A stretch of DNA of 63,991 bases, the filler included, from Licmophora abbreviata (Eukaryota), in the NCBI GenBank assembly GCA_900291995.1. It is 12 parts of 12 records of this genome, joined end to end, with 100 filler letters (N's around TTAATTAATTAA, not from the genome) between each part and the next. Parts side by side here need not be neighbours in the genome. Positions count along the whole stretch, not along the records: positions 46,711 to 51,457 come from OLMU01003124.1; positions 51,558 to 59,148 come from OLMU01003125.1; positions 59,249 to 60,542 come from OLMU01003127.1; positions 60,643 to 62,683 come from OLMU01003132.1; 8 more parts are not named here. One strand, given 5' to 3'. Every line of letters starts with the position of its first letter. Position 1 is the first letter of the stretch. Positions 49,412 through 60,796 of this stretch are shown piece after piece. A program made the position numbers and the translations under genes. Under the pieces are notes generated by a model. The model saw nothing but the letters and a program-made list of their open reading frames with translations. It was not told where the DNA came from and made no database searches.

Positions 49412-50700
49412 CTATACTTCTGGAACACGGAGTCCACACGCCACGAGAAACAATACAACAAAACCGCCTTGCACCGCGTCAGCGATCGAGGGCGTCATGT
49501 GAAAGTTACCGAAGTGCAGTTGAATGGGAGCCAAAACGAATGTCTGTGCCAGCATGTCCAAACCCTTTCCCGAAGTGCGTTCCCCAGAACGCGACTGTTT
49601 TGCCGCCAGGATGCACATGTTCGGTCCCACATGGTGAGTGCACATGGTGGTAGGAAACGCAATGTGATGAAAGGCAATCGATAACACCGCAGCATTCACC
49701 AGATAGACAACCAACAGTAACGTCACATCCAACAGTGATACATCACCTCGTATCAACGTTCCTGCTTTGATGGCGACGTTAAAGACTTCCATAGATACAG
49801 CATCAACCCTGCAAGCATGATGGCACCGAATCGATCGGACAACTGATGCATATTCTCTCTCATTGATTGGTAGTAGTGCAACCACTTTTGAGCTAGTGCT
49901 TCAGCCTTGAGTGTCTCCACGGAAGCGTACTGTTGATTTTGTTTCTTTTGTGCTCGCATTTTTGGCATTGCCACTGACGAATGGGCACTCTTGTGCAGTC
50001 TCAATTCGGCCGTCACTTCTCCTTCTACGAGCTCGAGAGGCATGACAATAACTCGAAAGCTCAGTGTGGCAAGTAGAATACTTGTGTAAATAGTCAATAT
50101 GTTGATCAGCACCGACACGACGTAGTAAAGTATCAGAACTGGCGGTACCCTTTGTTGCCGGTTGACAAAGAAACTGCACTCGCAAGCGGTCGAGAGCAGT
50201 ACTGCCAACCCATAAACCATTGTAGTTTTCTGGGACACGCCATCTTCCACGAACATTCGCATGTGTTGTTGACAATTTTCAATCGATCGATCGTCTGTAA
50301 AGTATCCGAGTGCTGTATGAATGGGTGCAACAAGCCAGAAACTCAGTAGGAGAGGCAACAGTAGGAGGTCCAGAATTCCAAACAAGTCAATGATCTTTTC
50401 CTCGCCTTTTGTGGAGTTGGAAAGTTCGAAGTCAGCATGACACACGTAGTAGCCCGCTTCCAAGAGAATGAGCAGTACGACTACTGATATCCTTATGATG
50501 ATGCGTAGGATCTGGGAGGAGGTTGAATCTTCAGAAGCTTCTTCTTCTTCTGCTGAACGAAGCGCGAGGAGGGGTCGCCGCTCGTTGTCGTTGGTCTCTG
50601 GTCGAAGCTGTCGCCGACTCCCGGTAAGTTCTACAGCCGCTACTTCAATTTTCAGAATCAATTCTAAAATCGAGCGGGGGAGGGTCTGAAGATAATCCAT
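49412..50700 (-). CDS. Seven-TM membrane protein, candidate gustatory-receptor-like/7TMIC (frameshift near 49799)
   Basis: Adding one base joins ORFs 49753-50706 and 49412-49885 (AGLML|VSMEVFN) into about 429 aa with seven hydrophobic segments. Confidence 0.6.
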
Positions 50701-51029
50701 TGTCACTGTAGTAGCGTTAGACCAAAAGAGGCTTTGATCGCCTCATGGTGTAAGAGTACAGCAGTTCGGGTTGACATCACATTTGTGAGAGATTTTTTGC
50801 GACGCCAGAAAAGATAGTGCCGCGGCGCGCGCACGGGGGTGCGCGTTCAGATGCCACAACGAGACAGTTTTGTGAGTGCGACCAACACATCAACGCCCCA
50901 TGCCACATTGAACATGGGACGAGCGGCGACAGCAGTGAGAAGTTGGGTGTTCACGGTATCAGGGCACAAAGGCATAATTACCCGCCCTCATCGATAGGAC
51001 GATAGTTTTCTACTCATTGTCCCCTCATT

Positions 51030-52382
51030 ATGACACAAGTTCAACTTTTCCTAGTGTCCGCCCCCAGCACCAAACCTGAGTTTCTCGCAACCATTGAATC
51101 AGTCAATCACATCAGTCATGGTGATACGGGCGACATCCGCTCCGACGACGACGACCTACTCGCACGTATACGCTCTCCTCAGCTTGTGTTGGAAGGTTAC
51201 ACGCGCGATGCCTGGGCATGGAAGCCACATCCATGTTGGACGAACGTGACAGTAAAGTCAACGGATGGTCGTAACAAGGTTCCAAGATTCATCCAGTACC
51301 TGAAGGACCGACAAAAGAGCGCATATGCGAAAATCAAAGCAAAAAGTGATGATAGTGGCGGCGGTGGACTGCTGTGTGTCACATATATTCAACCGAAAAC
51401 AAAGGGTGACGATCCAAATATATTTCACTGCAAGATCGCGTGGGATATTCCCAAAATNNNNNNNNNNNNNNNNNNNNNNNNNNNNNNNNNNNNNNNNNNN
51501 NTTAATTAATTAANNNNNNNNNNNNNNNNNNNNNNNNNNNNNNNNNNNNNNNNNNNNTGTTCGTTGGTAGTCGCATCCAACAACAAAGCAACACTCCCAT
51601 CGACGACTGCTTCTTCTGGCAGCAAACAGTCATCAGCATCGAAACTATCTGCACAAGCAGCTCCCGCATCAAAGTCATCGGGGATGCTAGGGAATCTCTT
51701 GGCTGGTCAGGCGAGAACTTATGAGCAGTACCGAAGCTCCATACCTGTACGAAAGGCTTCCAATGAAGCTGCTACTGGTAATGCTGCTAGTAGCGACTCT
51801 GCCCCGAATGCTGTCGGCAAGACGTCGCAGGATGTCTTGAACGCTTTTCGGGCGTCTTTGGAGCAAAAATTTCTCGATTTTGACATTTCTAGTGACAACC
51901 ACCTGCAAATCCCCATTTCGCTGGCGACACAGACCAAGAGTATTGTAGGGGAAGAAGAAAAGTCCAAAGTCACCATGGAAGTGCTTAAATACATTGTCTA
52001 CGAGCAAGCCGAAGAAATCAATGAAGAGTGGGTGGCGCACAAGGAGCCGGGCGAGTTCATGGATGAAATTGTCATGAGTGTTTACAAAGAGGCGCCACCA
52101 GACGTGCTGGAAGATGTGCAGCGTGCCGACTTACCGGACGAAATGCGAGGACAGCAGCGCGCGTTACAGGAAGCGTCGCAACGACGCGTTGCGTTGAACG
52201 AGGCCAAGCTGGATGCGGAGCGAGAACGAAACGTGGCATTGTCGTTGAATCAGGATGATGAAGAGTTCGCGGTGTTGAATGTCAACAAGCGTGATCGACG
52301 AACGATTGAAGAGATCGAACGGGAAATGAGGGGAACGGATGAACCAGACGGAACAAGCAAGAAACAAAAAATGTCGAAGTGA
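51030..52382 (+). CDS. Hypothetical nuclear protein with a possible SPOC-like N-terminal domain; interrupted by a gap
   Basis: RFIQYLKDRQKSAYAKI resembles the SPOC helix. C-terminal KRDRRTIEEI and an NLS-like KKQK. Confidence 0.55.
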
Positions 52383-52424
52383 CTATAGTGACGCCGACAA
52401 ACAACTATATTATGTCTCGTTAAC

Positions 52425-52946
52425 TTACTGACCACCATTACGCTTGCAACTGGTCTTTTCAAATGACACGCCTTCCGATTCTAGCAAACGTTCCTTTAAA
52501 TCCACGCCTCCTGCGAATCCGCCTATCGTTCCATCGCTGCCAATAACACGATGACATGGAACAATAATGGGAATCGGGTTCTTGGAGTTGGCCGAGCCCA
52601 CCGCTCGCACAGCGCAAGCGTTGCCAATACCTACAGCGACATCTTTGTAGCTGCATACAGTTCCATAGGGGATACGGCAAAGCTGTTTCCAGACCGATCT
52701 CTGAAATGCTGTGCCTTTCTCAGTATTCGTTAGATCCACCGGAACCTCGAACTCTTGGCGGGTCCCATGAAAATACTGCTGGAGCTCGCGTTCTGCCTGG
52801 TCCAGCACGGCATCGCAAACTTCTTGTTTGCCTTCATCGCTATGGCGTCCGGGAAATTCAATTCGCGTCAGAGCATGGCCGTTGGAAAGCAAGCGCAGTG
52901 GACCGTGAGGAGACGACACAACACGAGCGTGACATGGAACCGTCAT
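52425..52946 (-). CDS. MGMT: Methylated-DNA--protein-cysteine methyltransferase (Ogt/MGMT)
   Basis: GTAFQRSVW..IPYG..SY..RAVGSANSKNPIPIIVPCHRVIG. Confidence 0.95.
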   Translation of the reverse strand: MTVPCHARVVSSPHGPLRLLSNGHALTRIEFPGRHSDEGKQEVCDAVLDQAERELQQYFHGTRQEFEVPVDLTNTEKGTAFQRSVWKQLCRIPYGTVCSYKDVAVGIGNACAVRAVGSANSKNPIPIIVPCHRVIGSDGTIGGFAGGVDLKERLLESEGVSFEKTSCKRNGGQ

Positions 52947-53146
52947 GGTCTCTTCTGCGACAGATGATGAGAGCTATTCTTCTGATGTTTTGTGAAAAAA
53001 TCATTTCAAAAACATTGCAATTCCGGATTCCGAATCTTTCTAGGTGAAGATTTATGATGCGATCTTTTCTTTCGACGCAAATGCGAAGCATCCGACCATG
53101 GTCCCAAACACCCACAGTTCATTGACTCGGTAGCTTTCTGAGAACA

Positions 53147-54058
53147 ATGAGAGCCTACACATTCCTACTAGTGAGTCTGATGTGCGCCTGGGCCGATGCC
53201 TTTGCGATTTTTCCTGGAAAACAAGGCACATCGGCATCACTGACCGCACCGCGTAGCGCCATCAGTAGAATCGGTGTCCCAGCACGGTCGCCGCAATCCC
53301 CGGCACTCCATTCCTCTCCGGACGACGACGTCTCTGCAGAAGGCTCGGGGTCGTCTGGAATCGACTTGTCCTTGGATGACCGTCTGTACAAGATTCGACT
53401 GCCACGAACGACGGGCATTGAGTGGGGGACCGACTTGAGCTTTTCCTTTGTCTATGTGCGAGACATGGATCCGACCGGGTCGGCCAGTATGTCCGGCCAG
53501 GTGAAAAAAGGGGATCAGTTGTGTGAGATGAAGGCTGTAACTTCCGATCCGTCGGGAGATCCCGTCAACTTGCTTGGCGCTTCGTTCGATTACGTCATGA
53601 CGGCACTTGCGAGTCTTGACAAGACAACTACCGATGTAGAGCTGGTCTTCTTTCGTGGCACCAAGGAGGAACTGAAACAAGCTTGTACGGGAGTAGAACA
53701 AGAAGAGTCGGACACCATCACTATCACAGTTATTGAAAACAAGGGATCGCCGAAAGAAGCGACCAAGACTCTTACGGCACCCGCAGGCTGCAATGTGCGA
53801 CAAGTCTGTGTCGACAATGGAATCAACGTATATCAGAGTGTGACGCGATGGACCAATTGCAAGGGAAAGCAGCTTTGCGGCACGTGTATTGTAGATGTTT
53901 CGGATGGAGCCTTCAATACCAACCGCAAGAGCATGGACGAGGCTTCGACCCTGCGTGACAACCCAGATAGCTACCGATTGTCCTGTGTGACATTTGCATA
54001 TGGCGACGTGACCGTCGAGACCTTCCCAGCCGTCAATGCAGATCAATGGACCAGATAG
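53147..54058 (+). CDS. Plastid-targeted PDZ-like + 2Fe-2S ferredoxin domain protein
   Basis: Presequence ..ADA-F, PDZ-like GSASMSGQVKKGDQL..VELVFFR, and NCKGKQLCGTC...RLSC. Confidence 0.85.
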   Translation: MRAYTFLLVSLMCAWADAFAIFPGKQGTSASLTAPRSAISRIGVPARSPQSPALHSSPDDDVSAEGSGSSGIDLSLDDRLYKIRLPRTTGIEWGTDLSFSFVYVRDMDPTGSASMSGQVKKGDQLCEMKAVTSDPSGDPVNLLGASFDYVMTALASLDKTTTDVELVFFRGTKEELKQACTGVEQEESDTITITVIENKGSPKEATKTLTAPAGCNVRQVCVDNGINVYQSVTRWTNCKGKQLCGTCIVDVSDGAFNTNRKSMDEASTLRDNPDSYRLSCVTFAYGDVTVETFPAVNADQWTR

Positions 54059-54527
54059 AAGCGATGTAGTTAGCCTTGCCAATGCTATTTTATGGAAAGC
54101 AGGCTCCCTCTATCAGGTTATTTGCTGCCATCTGGCTTGCTCGAGGGACAAATGCAGTGGAGATAGTACTCTGCCCGGCGGAGCTCAGTCGTGTAGTTCT
54201 ATCTACTTCTAAAGCATGGGCGCGAAAGTCAGTAGTACCTGGTACACGACAGGAGCATCCACAACTTCAGAATGCTTCGACACATCCATCCGCGGACGGG
54301 TATAGTACTCCTGTGGCAATCGAAACGGGTCGAGACGGGAGCGTCATGGATGCATGACGGACGGTGCCTCTAAAGTTCTCGCACCAATAAGTAAATTGCG
54401 AACACAGATCATCCCTTTCGAAAAAGCGGGGGGAGGTTTTCCGACAGAAGATGACAAAGATACCCGAACGCAACGAGTGCCAACCTCACTGCTCCCGACA
54501 CCCCTGTTACCCGTATCAACATACAGA

Positions 54528-54857
54528 ATGCGTCTCTCTGTAGAGCTTGTAACCTTGCTATTTATCTTGAAACTTCCCCGAGTCGCTGGTATTCAGGTGG
54601 AGGCGAGACAGATCATTATGCATAGCCATCGTGAGGAAGAACTCAAACAACAGTCCAAGGAAGGACGACTCCGCCGAGCCAATCGTGACGACTTCAAGAA
54701 AGAATCGATGGTGAAACGCAATCCAGTGGTACACCAAGGGTGGGGCCTACCGAAACATCTTGATGACAAAGAGGATTCAGGGGAGAAATTGTCGTTGCTC
54801 AGGATGTACCTTGAATCTGCGTCTACCGAGCACAATGCCATGTTTTCACCGCCATAG
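54528..54857 (+). CDS. Putative small secreted protein (109 aa)
   Basis: MRLSVELVTLLFILKLPRVAG is signal-like, followed by a charged mature part. Confidence 0.4.
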   Translation: MRLSVELVTLLFILKLPRVAGIQVEARQIIMHSHREEELKQQSKEGRLRRANRDDFKKESMVKRNPVVHQGWGLPKHLDDKEDSGEKLSLLRMYLESASTEHNAMFSPP

Positions 54858-55338
54858 GGAAAGACCGGAACTGATTGCCTATGAAAGAAGAAAGAACATG
54901 CATTACATCATACACAAACTTATCATTGCAATACTAAATCTCTCTATACACTTCAAACCGAACCCATGCCTTGCTTCAGCTCGACGTAGCTGCTGCCATC
55001 TGCCATCCATCACCTGCATTCAACCGGGGTGACGGCATTTCCTCGTCCAACGAAGGTACATAGTGGAGTCAGATTCTACCACTCTAATAGTACCAGGTAC
55101 ATTAGATCTTCCAACTTGACCCTGCACGATCCAGCTACGCAAAGAACAACCGCTCTGAGGTTCGCAGCATCAGCTAACATACTCGCCCGAACCGAACCGG
55201 TGTCAAGATTACTTATGCTTCGACACCTCCGACGTCAGCTTTTGTTATCGCATGTCCAAGGAACAATCTTAACATCAGCTCTCACTTTCTCAAAACAAAA
55301 AAAGACATCACAAGACCGACGCGATCCCTGTAATCACC

Positions 55339-55554
55339 ATGAAATTCACCCTTTTCCTTCTCACTTCCACGGCTTTCGCCGCCACTGCTTCGTCTATGTC
55401 TCGCAGCTTCGGACCTGCGTTTATTCGAAAAGCCGATAAGAAGGAAGCTGTCGATGTTACAAGCCGACGCAAGTCGGGAGGCGGCGACAAGATCAAGACT
55501 GTATCCAACAAGAAAGTTGGTCCAGTGGCGGACGGTACGTTGGAATCGACATAA
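55339..55554 (+). CDS. Putative small signal-peptide protein (71 aa)
   Basis: ACC-ATG context, MKFTLFLLTSTAFAATASS signal and a Lys-rich tail. Confidence 0.5.
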   Translation: MKFTLFLLTSTAFAATASSMSRSFGPAFIRKADKKEAVDVTSRRKSGGGDKIKTVSNKKVGPVADGTLEST

Positions 55555-56017
55555 TTCGATTGTGTTAGTAGATCCTAGTTTCTCACTCTGTAATGGTTGT
55601 CCTTCTCCTCCACCTGAGTCCCAGATAAGAAAGCGAAGAAGAACGTCGGCTGCGAAGAGGAGCGCCACTGGGGCCTCCCGTACATGCATTCGTGCGACGA
55701 TATTGAGGATGCTTTCGACGGCTTTGAGTAGATCAAAGTTTGACGGATGCGCTAGCCGATGTATGTAGCACCCATCGCATCTGAAACCTGTTTGTACATT
55801 CACTGATCTCAAGCTATCATTCTACTATCCCAAGCTTCATTGCACATACGAAACTACAATAACTCCTAGCTGCACAAAATTTAGCCTCGCGATGACTAAC
55901 TTATTTAAATGGTTGGCTGCTCTCTAGTAGGTGGAAGTCGATTGCTATTATCGATTTCTAATATTACCTGGTAGTTTCTAGAGAGTAGGACGATACATTT
56001 GGAGAAAGCAGCATAGG

Positions 56018-57199
56018 CTACGGCTTTCCAGCGGGCTGCTGCTGAGTCACGCAGTGCACAAGGCCGCCATCTTTGTACAACTCGACAAAGTCAATGCCAA
56101 CAATCTCTCGGAAAGGGTAGAGACCCTGCAAGACCTTCTTGGCGACAGCGTCGTTCGGGTCGTCAAAGACAGGGACGATCACAACATCATTGCCAACGTA
56201 GTAGTTGATATAGATGCCAAAGTCGTTCACTCCTGGGACTTTCTTTTGAGTAATTGGCAGATGAACCAACTTATAGCTGTCGCCATTGGCATTTTTAGCT
56301 TTCTTGAGAACGTCGTACTCGGTTGGATTGATAAAGTCTTGTCGACGATACGTAACAATAGTGTCTCCATTGGCGAATCGTGCAGTTCCGTCAATGTGAT
56401 CATCTGTAATATCGAGACCTTTCTCACCTTTCAACCAGATAAAGTTGGTGACACCAAGGTACTTGCGAAAGTACGCTTCAGCATCTGCTTGTTTCCAACG
56501 TCGATTCCGATTTCGGTTGAGAATGGATGATCGTTTCGCCATGAGAGTGCCATTCCCATCAACTTCGACTGATCCCCCTTCATTTGTCATGCGAACCTTA
56601 GTCAGGGGAAGACCAGTGGCACGGGCCACGTCAACGGGGATATAGTCGTCATACCAGAAGTCGGCCTTGAAACCCCAACCGTTGAACTTCCAGTCTTCGA
56701 CCCGAAGACGATTGTTCTTGTCGTAGACAAAAATCGGTCCGTTGTCTCGTACCCAGACATCATCTAGAAAAGAGATTCACGATCGAGACACAGAAGGAAT
56801 GAGTGAACGTATGCAATCAGTGGCAGCACACGCCTTCACGGTGGACATTTGCTTGCTCGTACCTGTTGGCCACTCGTAAAAGTCAAGCTGTGACATGTCA
56901 AGACCACGAGCCGCCAGCTTCTTTTGTACGCGTGTCCTTTCTTTTTTATTGTAGAGAATAATGTGAACTCGCTCGCCATGATGGAGTGCTTCGGTCAGCT
57001 GAATCCAACTTTCTTCGTAGCGTTTCACGTGCTTTGCATCCCATCCGTAATCATGTGGCCACTGGAGCCAAGTTCCTTCGTGAGGTTCCTCCTCGGAAGG
57101 CATGTAGTAGATATTGTCGGGATCTTTGATTGGAGGAACACGCACAGAAATGACGGCAGTGCAAAATGATACGCAAAGAAGAACGGAAGGGATTTTCAT
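56018..57199 (-). CDS. aguA: Agmatine deiminase / PPAD-family amidinohydrolase with a signal peptide
   Basis: MPSEEEPHEGTWLQWP. Intron 56862-56764 joins WPT-DDVWVRDNGP. Also EGGSVEVDGNGT, TDDHIDG, YINYY and GGLVHCVTQQQP. Confidence 0.92.
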
Positions 57200-57727
57200 G
57201 ATGTGTATTGGTCTGTATGAGCGGCGAGCGATGAGCGGACGCAGTTTGTAGGTATTGTTACTAGGGATCTGACTTCCAAAGTTCAGTCCTGGTTGACTCG
57301 TGGTTGCGTTGAGATTAGAAGGGATGCCGTGTTGTTATAGAAGCGATCAACAAAGGCAGCACTCCTCAGCCTTAGACTATGTTGTGGCGAATCTTCGGAT
57401 TTGTTTGGATGTGAATCGCGGTTCGTGCGAATGATTTAGCGTTCGAGTCGTGTTTTGAGAAGGCCTGGCATGCGCGAGCTCTGATTCCTGGAGCTCGAGA
57501 CTAAGTTTACCGATGCGCGCGCGAAATCCATCCACGCGCGAGTGGACGGAGCCATCGAGTTTCAATCAAAAGCTGAGGACAATGGCGCCGTGACGGGTCT
57601 TTGTTGGCGTGTAAATTGTCGGTCCTTTGGTCCTCTTTTGCAGCCTGGGTGCTCCAATATCGTGTGGTAATTTTTATTTCTCCTGATATATTTGATTCGA
57701 TCTAATTTTGGCGAAGAAACCATCAAA

Positions 57728-59352
57728 ATGGAGCAATTTGTGCTTGGTATCTTTCAGGAGCATCTTTCCAAGGTACGATATCCTATCTTGCACTTTGTGG
57801 ATGCTAGACTTGCGCTTTCTTTCAGACTTCTCATTTTGTCTCCCTTCTGATGTCTTCATTTCTCTAGTTCATTGTTGGCTTTCATAAAGAGCAAGTCAAT
57901 GCCAACTTACTGAATGGAAAGGGCGAAATCACGGACGTCGAGTTGAACTGCGACTTTCTCAATGGCGTCTTGAAAACCATTACCCCCTACGTGCAGTTGG
58001 AGAGTGTCCACGTTTCCAAACTTTCATTTCACGTCACAGCATGGGCCAATATACGGAAAGCTCCCATTCTGGTGGATGTACAGGATGTCCGTGCTAGTTT
58101 GGTTGAACCGCTCGACTATCTGGACAAGACAAAACGACGGGGTATGCAGCAAATAACGCAAGCAGAGTTCACTGACCTGATCCAGAAGGGTATCCAAAAG
58201 CTACGAGGCTCCTATAACCTCTTCGATCGCATTGTGGACAATCTGGCGGTTGAAATACGGAGTGTCCACATTCAGTTTCAGACTCGTGGCAAGTTCAAGA
58301 CTACACGGGTGGGCGACTGGACGCCGCCGACGCTGCTCGCGACGCTCAAACACATCCGGTATTTTAGTGTCGACGAGTTTGGCAATGATGCGTCACCAGA
58401 AGAAGTCTGGAGACACAACAAGCACCCTCATGGACAGCCGTCACATTTGCGGACCTTTACGATATTCAAAAAACTGTCCATGCAATGCAGTGTTGGATTG
58501 TGTCGTCCGGGGGAATTGGAAAATATGCCGCCGCCTTTGGTGCGGGAGGCAAATGTTGTTGTGCATTTGTGCTTTAAAAAGAGACTCCGAGATGCTGCAA
58601 TTCTAGCGGTTCAATGCGATGCGAGTGTATCGCGGGCCGAAGTTCACGTGGATCAAGATGCGGTACCCATGTTGGCGCACGCTTTGGCCGGCATGCAATA
58701 CTGTCTTGCCAAGGACCGGGCATTTGACGATCCTCTTGTCCCCGAATCACACGACCCTATGACTGTTGAAGTAGGATTCGAAGCGCCATTGGGATCAGCT
58801 CCAGAAGTAGTGGAGGAAGTGGCCGAACCGATAGAGAAAATTGAGGAAGGGGATGCCGAGAGTGGAGAGGACGAAGCGGCTCCTTCAATACCAACGACTG
58901 GCGACATGGAGGACAATGCGTCCGACATTTCATCTTTCAATGATGATGAGTTTGATATGAGTATCGATGGCGACAGTACTCATTCGGGCATGTCCGGTGC
59001 CAAGGCAGCCACCGGCGGGGATAGACCCATTCTTCTGCTACCCAGCGGTATCGTCATCCAGGAGGCTCTTACGATCACGTTGTCGGTAGAGCACTGCACT
59101 ATGAGAGGTACCTATCCGACTAAGCTTGATGGATATGTACAACTAACCNNNNNNNNNNNNNNNNNNNNNNNNNNNNNNNNNNNNNNNNNNNNTTAATTAA
59201 TTAANNNNNNNNNNNNNNNNNNNNNNNNNNNNNNNNNNNNNNNNNNNNAACTTCTGGCTGCTTCTGAGCGAAAGGGTGTCTTGGAGGCGACGTCGGCTAC
59301 AACACCTTTAGGGCGTACGGGGGAGGAGCAAGACGCACATCGACCTGACTAG
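57728..59352 (+). CDS. Chorein_N (VPS13/BLTP-like) domain protein; large internal part missing in the gap
   Basis: Exon 1 is 57728-57772, intron 57773-57867, giving MEQFVLGIFQEHLSKFIVGFHKEQVNANLLNGKGEITDVELN. Also IVDNLAVEIRSVHIQF. Confidence 0.65.
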
Positions 59353-59661
59353 AGTAGAGAAAGGACGCCCACTAGAATTAGAAACTGATTTTGCAATGGC
59401 CTCTTTGCATTGTCCTATGGAGTGCTGTTATAGCAGGTACCAGAAAGCAAAAACTGTAGATAGAAACAGAGCATCTTTCCGGTGGCCCTTAGCCAATAGA
59501 TTCCTCAAATAAACTATCATTAGTGCCTAAAAGAACAATTTTTTCTTTGAGTTGGTCTAGCGAGTGTATTTTATCTTACAGACGACGTCTATGCAGTGTA
59601 CATAGCATTCTACAAGCACCCAAGTCTTCGTCACGTCCATCACTCGCGCCAACCTACTCGT

Positions 59662-60308
59662 TTACTCTTCTGGAATTTCGATTTCACCATCGTCGATTCC
59701 AGACTGAATATCACGAGGAGATTCGCCATTGACGGAGCACCCAATCGAGTTGCACGTTCCAAGAATCTCCTTGACGGTGCCCGACAACTTGCGCGCCATG
59801 CTGCGTTCGCGCATCTGCCGAGCCACGTCAATGACCTGATCGAGGGTCAAATTTCCGTCATGCTTGACGTTCTTGACCTTTTTGCGATCGCGGACCGGCT
59901 CGTTAAGAGCCTTCATGATCAAGGAAGAGGAGGAAGGAATCATGCTGACGGTCGCCTGGCGATTAACGACGGTCAACTTGACGGTGACATTGAGACCCTT
60001 CCAGTCCATGGTGGCCTTTTGGATATCTTCGCCAACCTTTTTGGGAGACAAACCGAGGGGACCAATCTTGGGCGCCAGGGAGGAAGCCGAACCGACTTCG
60101 CCACCCACGGTGCGCATAATCACTGTGTGGATGCAGAGAGACCAAATAGTAGAAGCAGGAGAAGTGAGAACGAGGCCCGCGGTGCTAGTACACGAGTTCC
60201 CGCTCGGCAATCTCAGGATCGATTTTTCACGCGCATTCCTGAACTCCCTGCTGCTCGTGTCCAATGCAACATACCAATTTTGACATCATCAGAAGGAGGG
60301 GGGCCCAT
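59662..60308 (-). CDS. RPL12: 60S ribosomal protein L12 (uL11)
   Basis: Exon 1 is 60308-60275, intron 60274-60123. [38 protein letters not shown]. Confidence 0.97.
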
Positions 60309-60796
60309 GGTGTTTATAGACGATGTACTGCGTTAGAATACGGAAGAGGTAGTAGTCTGTTGCAGACGACGACGGCCCAGATTTCAGTTTGTGAACGCTG
60401 TGTGGTGTGCGGCTGTGCGGCCTGGTCGCTCGTCGTAGGATTTCTACGCCGCAAGTAAGGAGTAAGAAGATCGTGACTCAGACTTCGAAATGAGTCATGA
60501 ATGAAAACATTGGAATCATCATTCTATCTCACTTTTTTCACGNNNNNNNNNNNNNNNNNNNNNNNNNNNNNNNNNNNNNNNNNNNNTTAATTAATTAANN
60601 NNNNNNNNNNNNNNNNNNNNNNNNNNNNNNNNNNNNNNNNNNCTAGTTCTGAAGGTAACATCGGAGGAAGGGAATGCGTCAGCATCGCGATAAGAGTGTC
60701 AACGATGGACGACATCCTCACACGACGCACGGCTTCTTTGCTGTGGTCGTTCCTCCCACCAGTGTCTTCGTTGAGACCACACAGACCATCCTTAGG

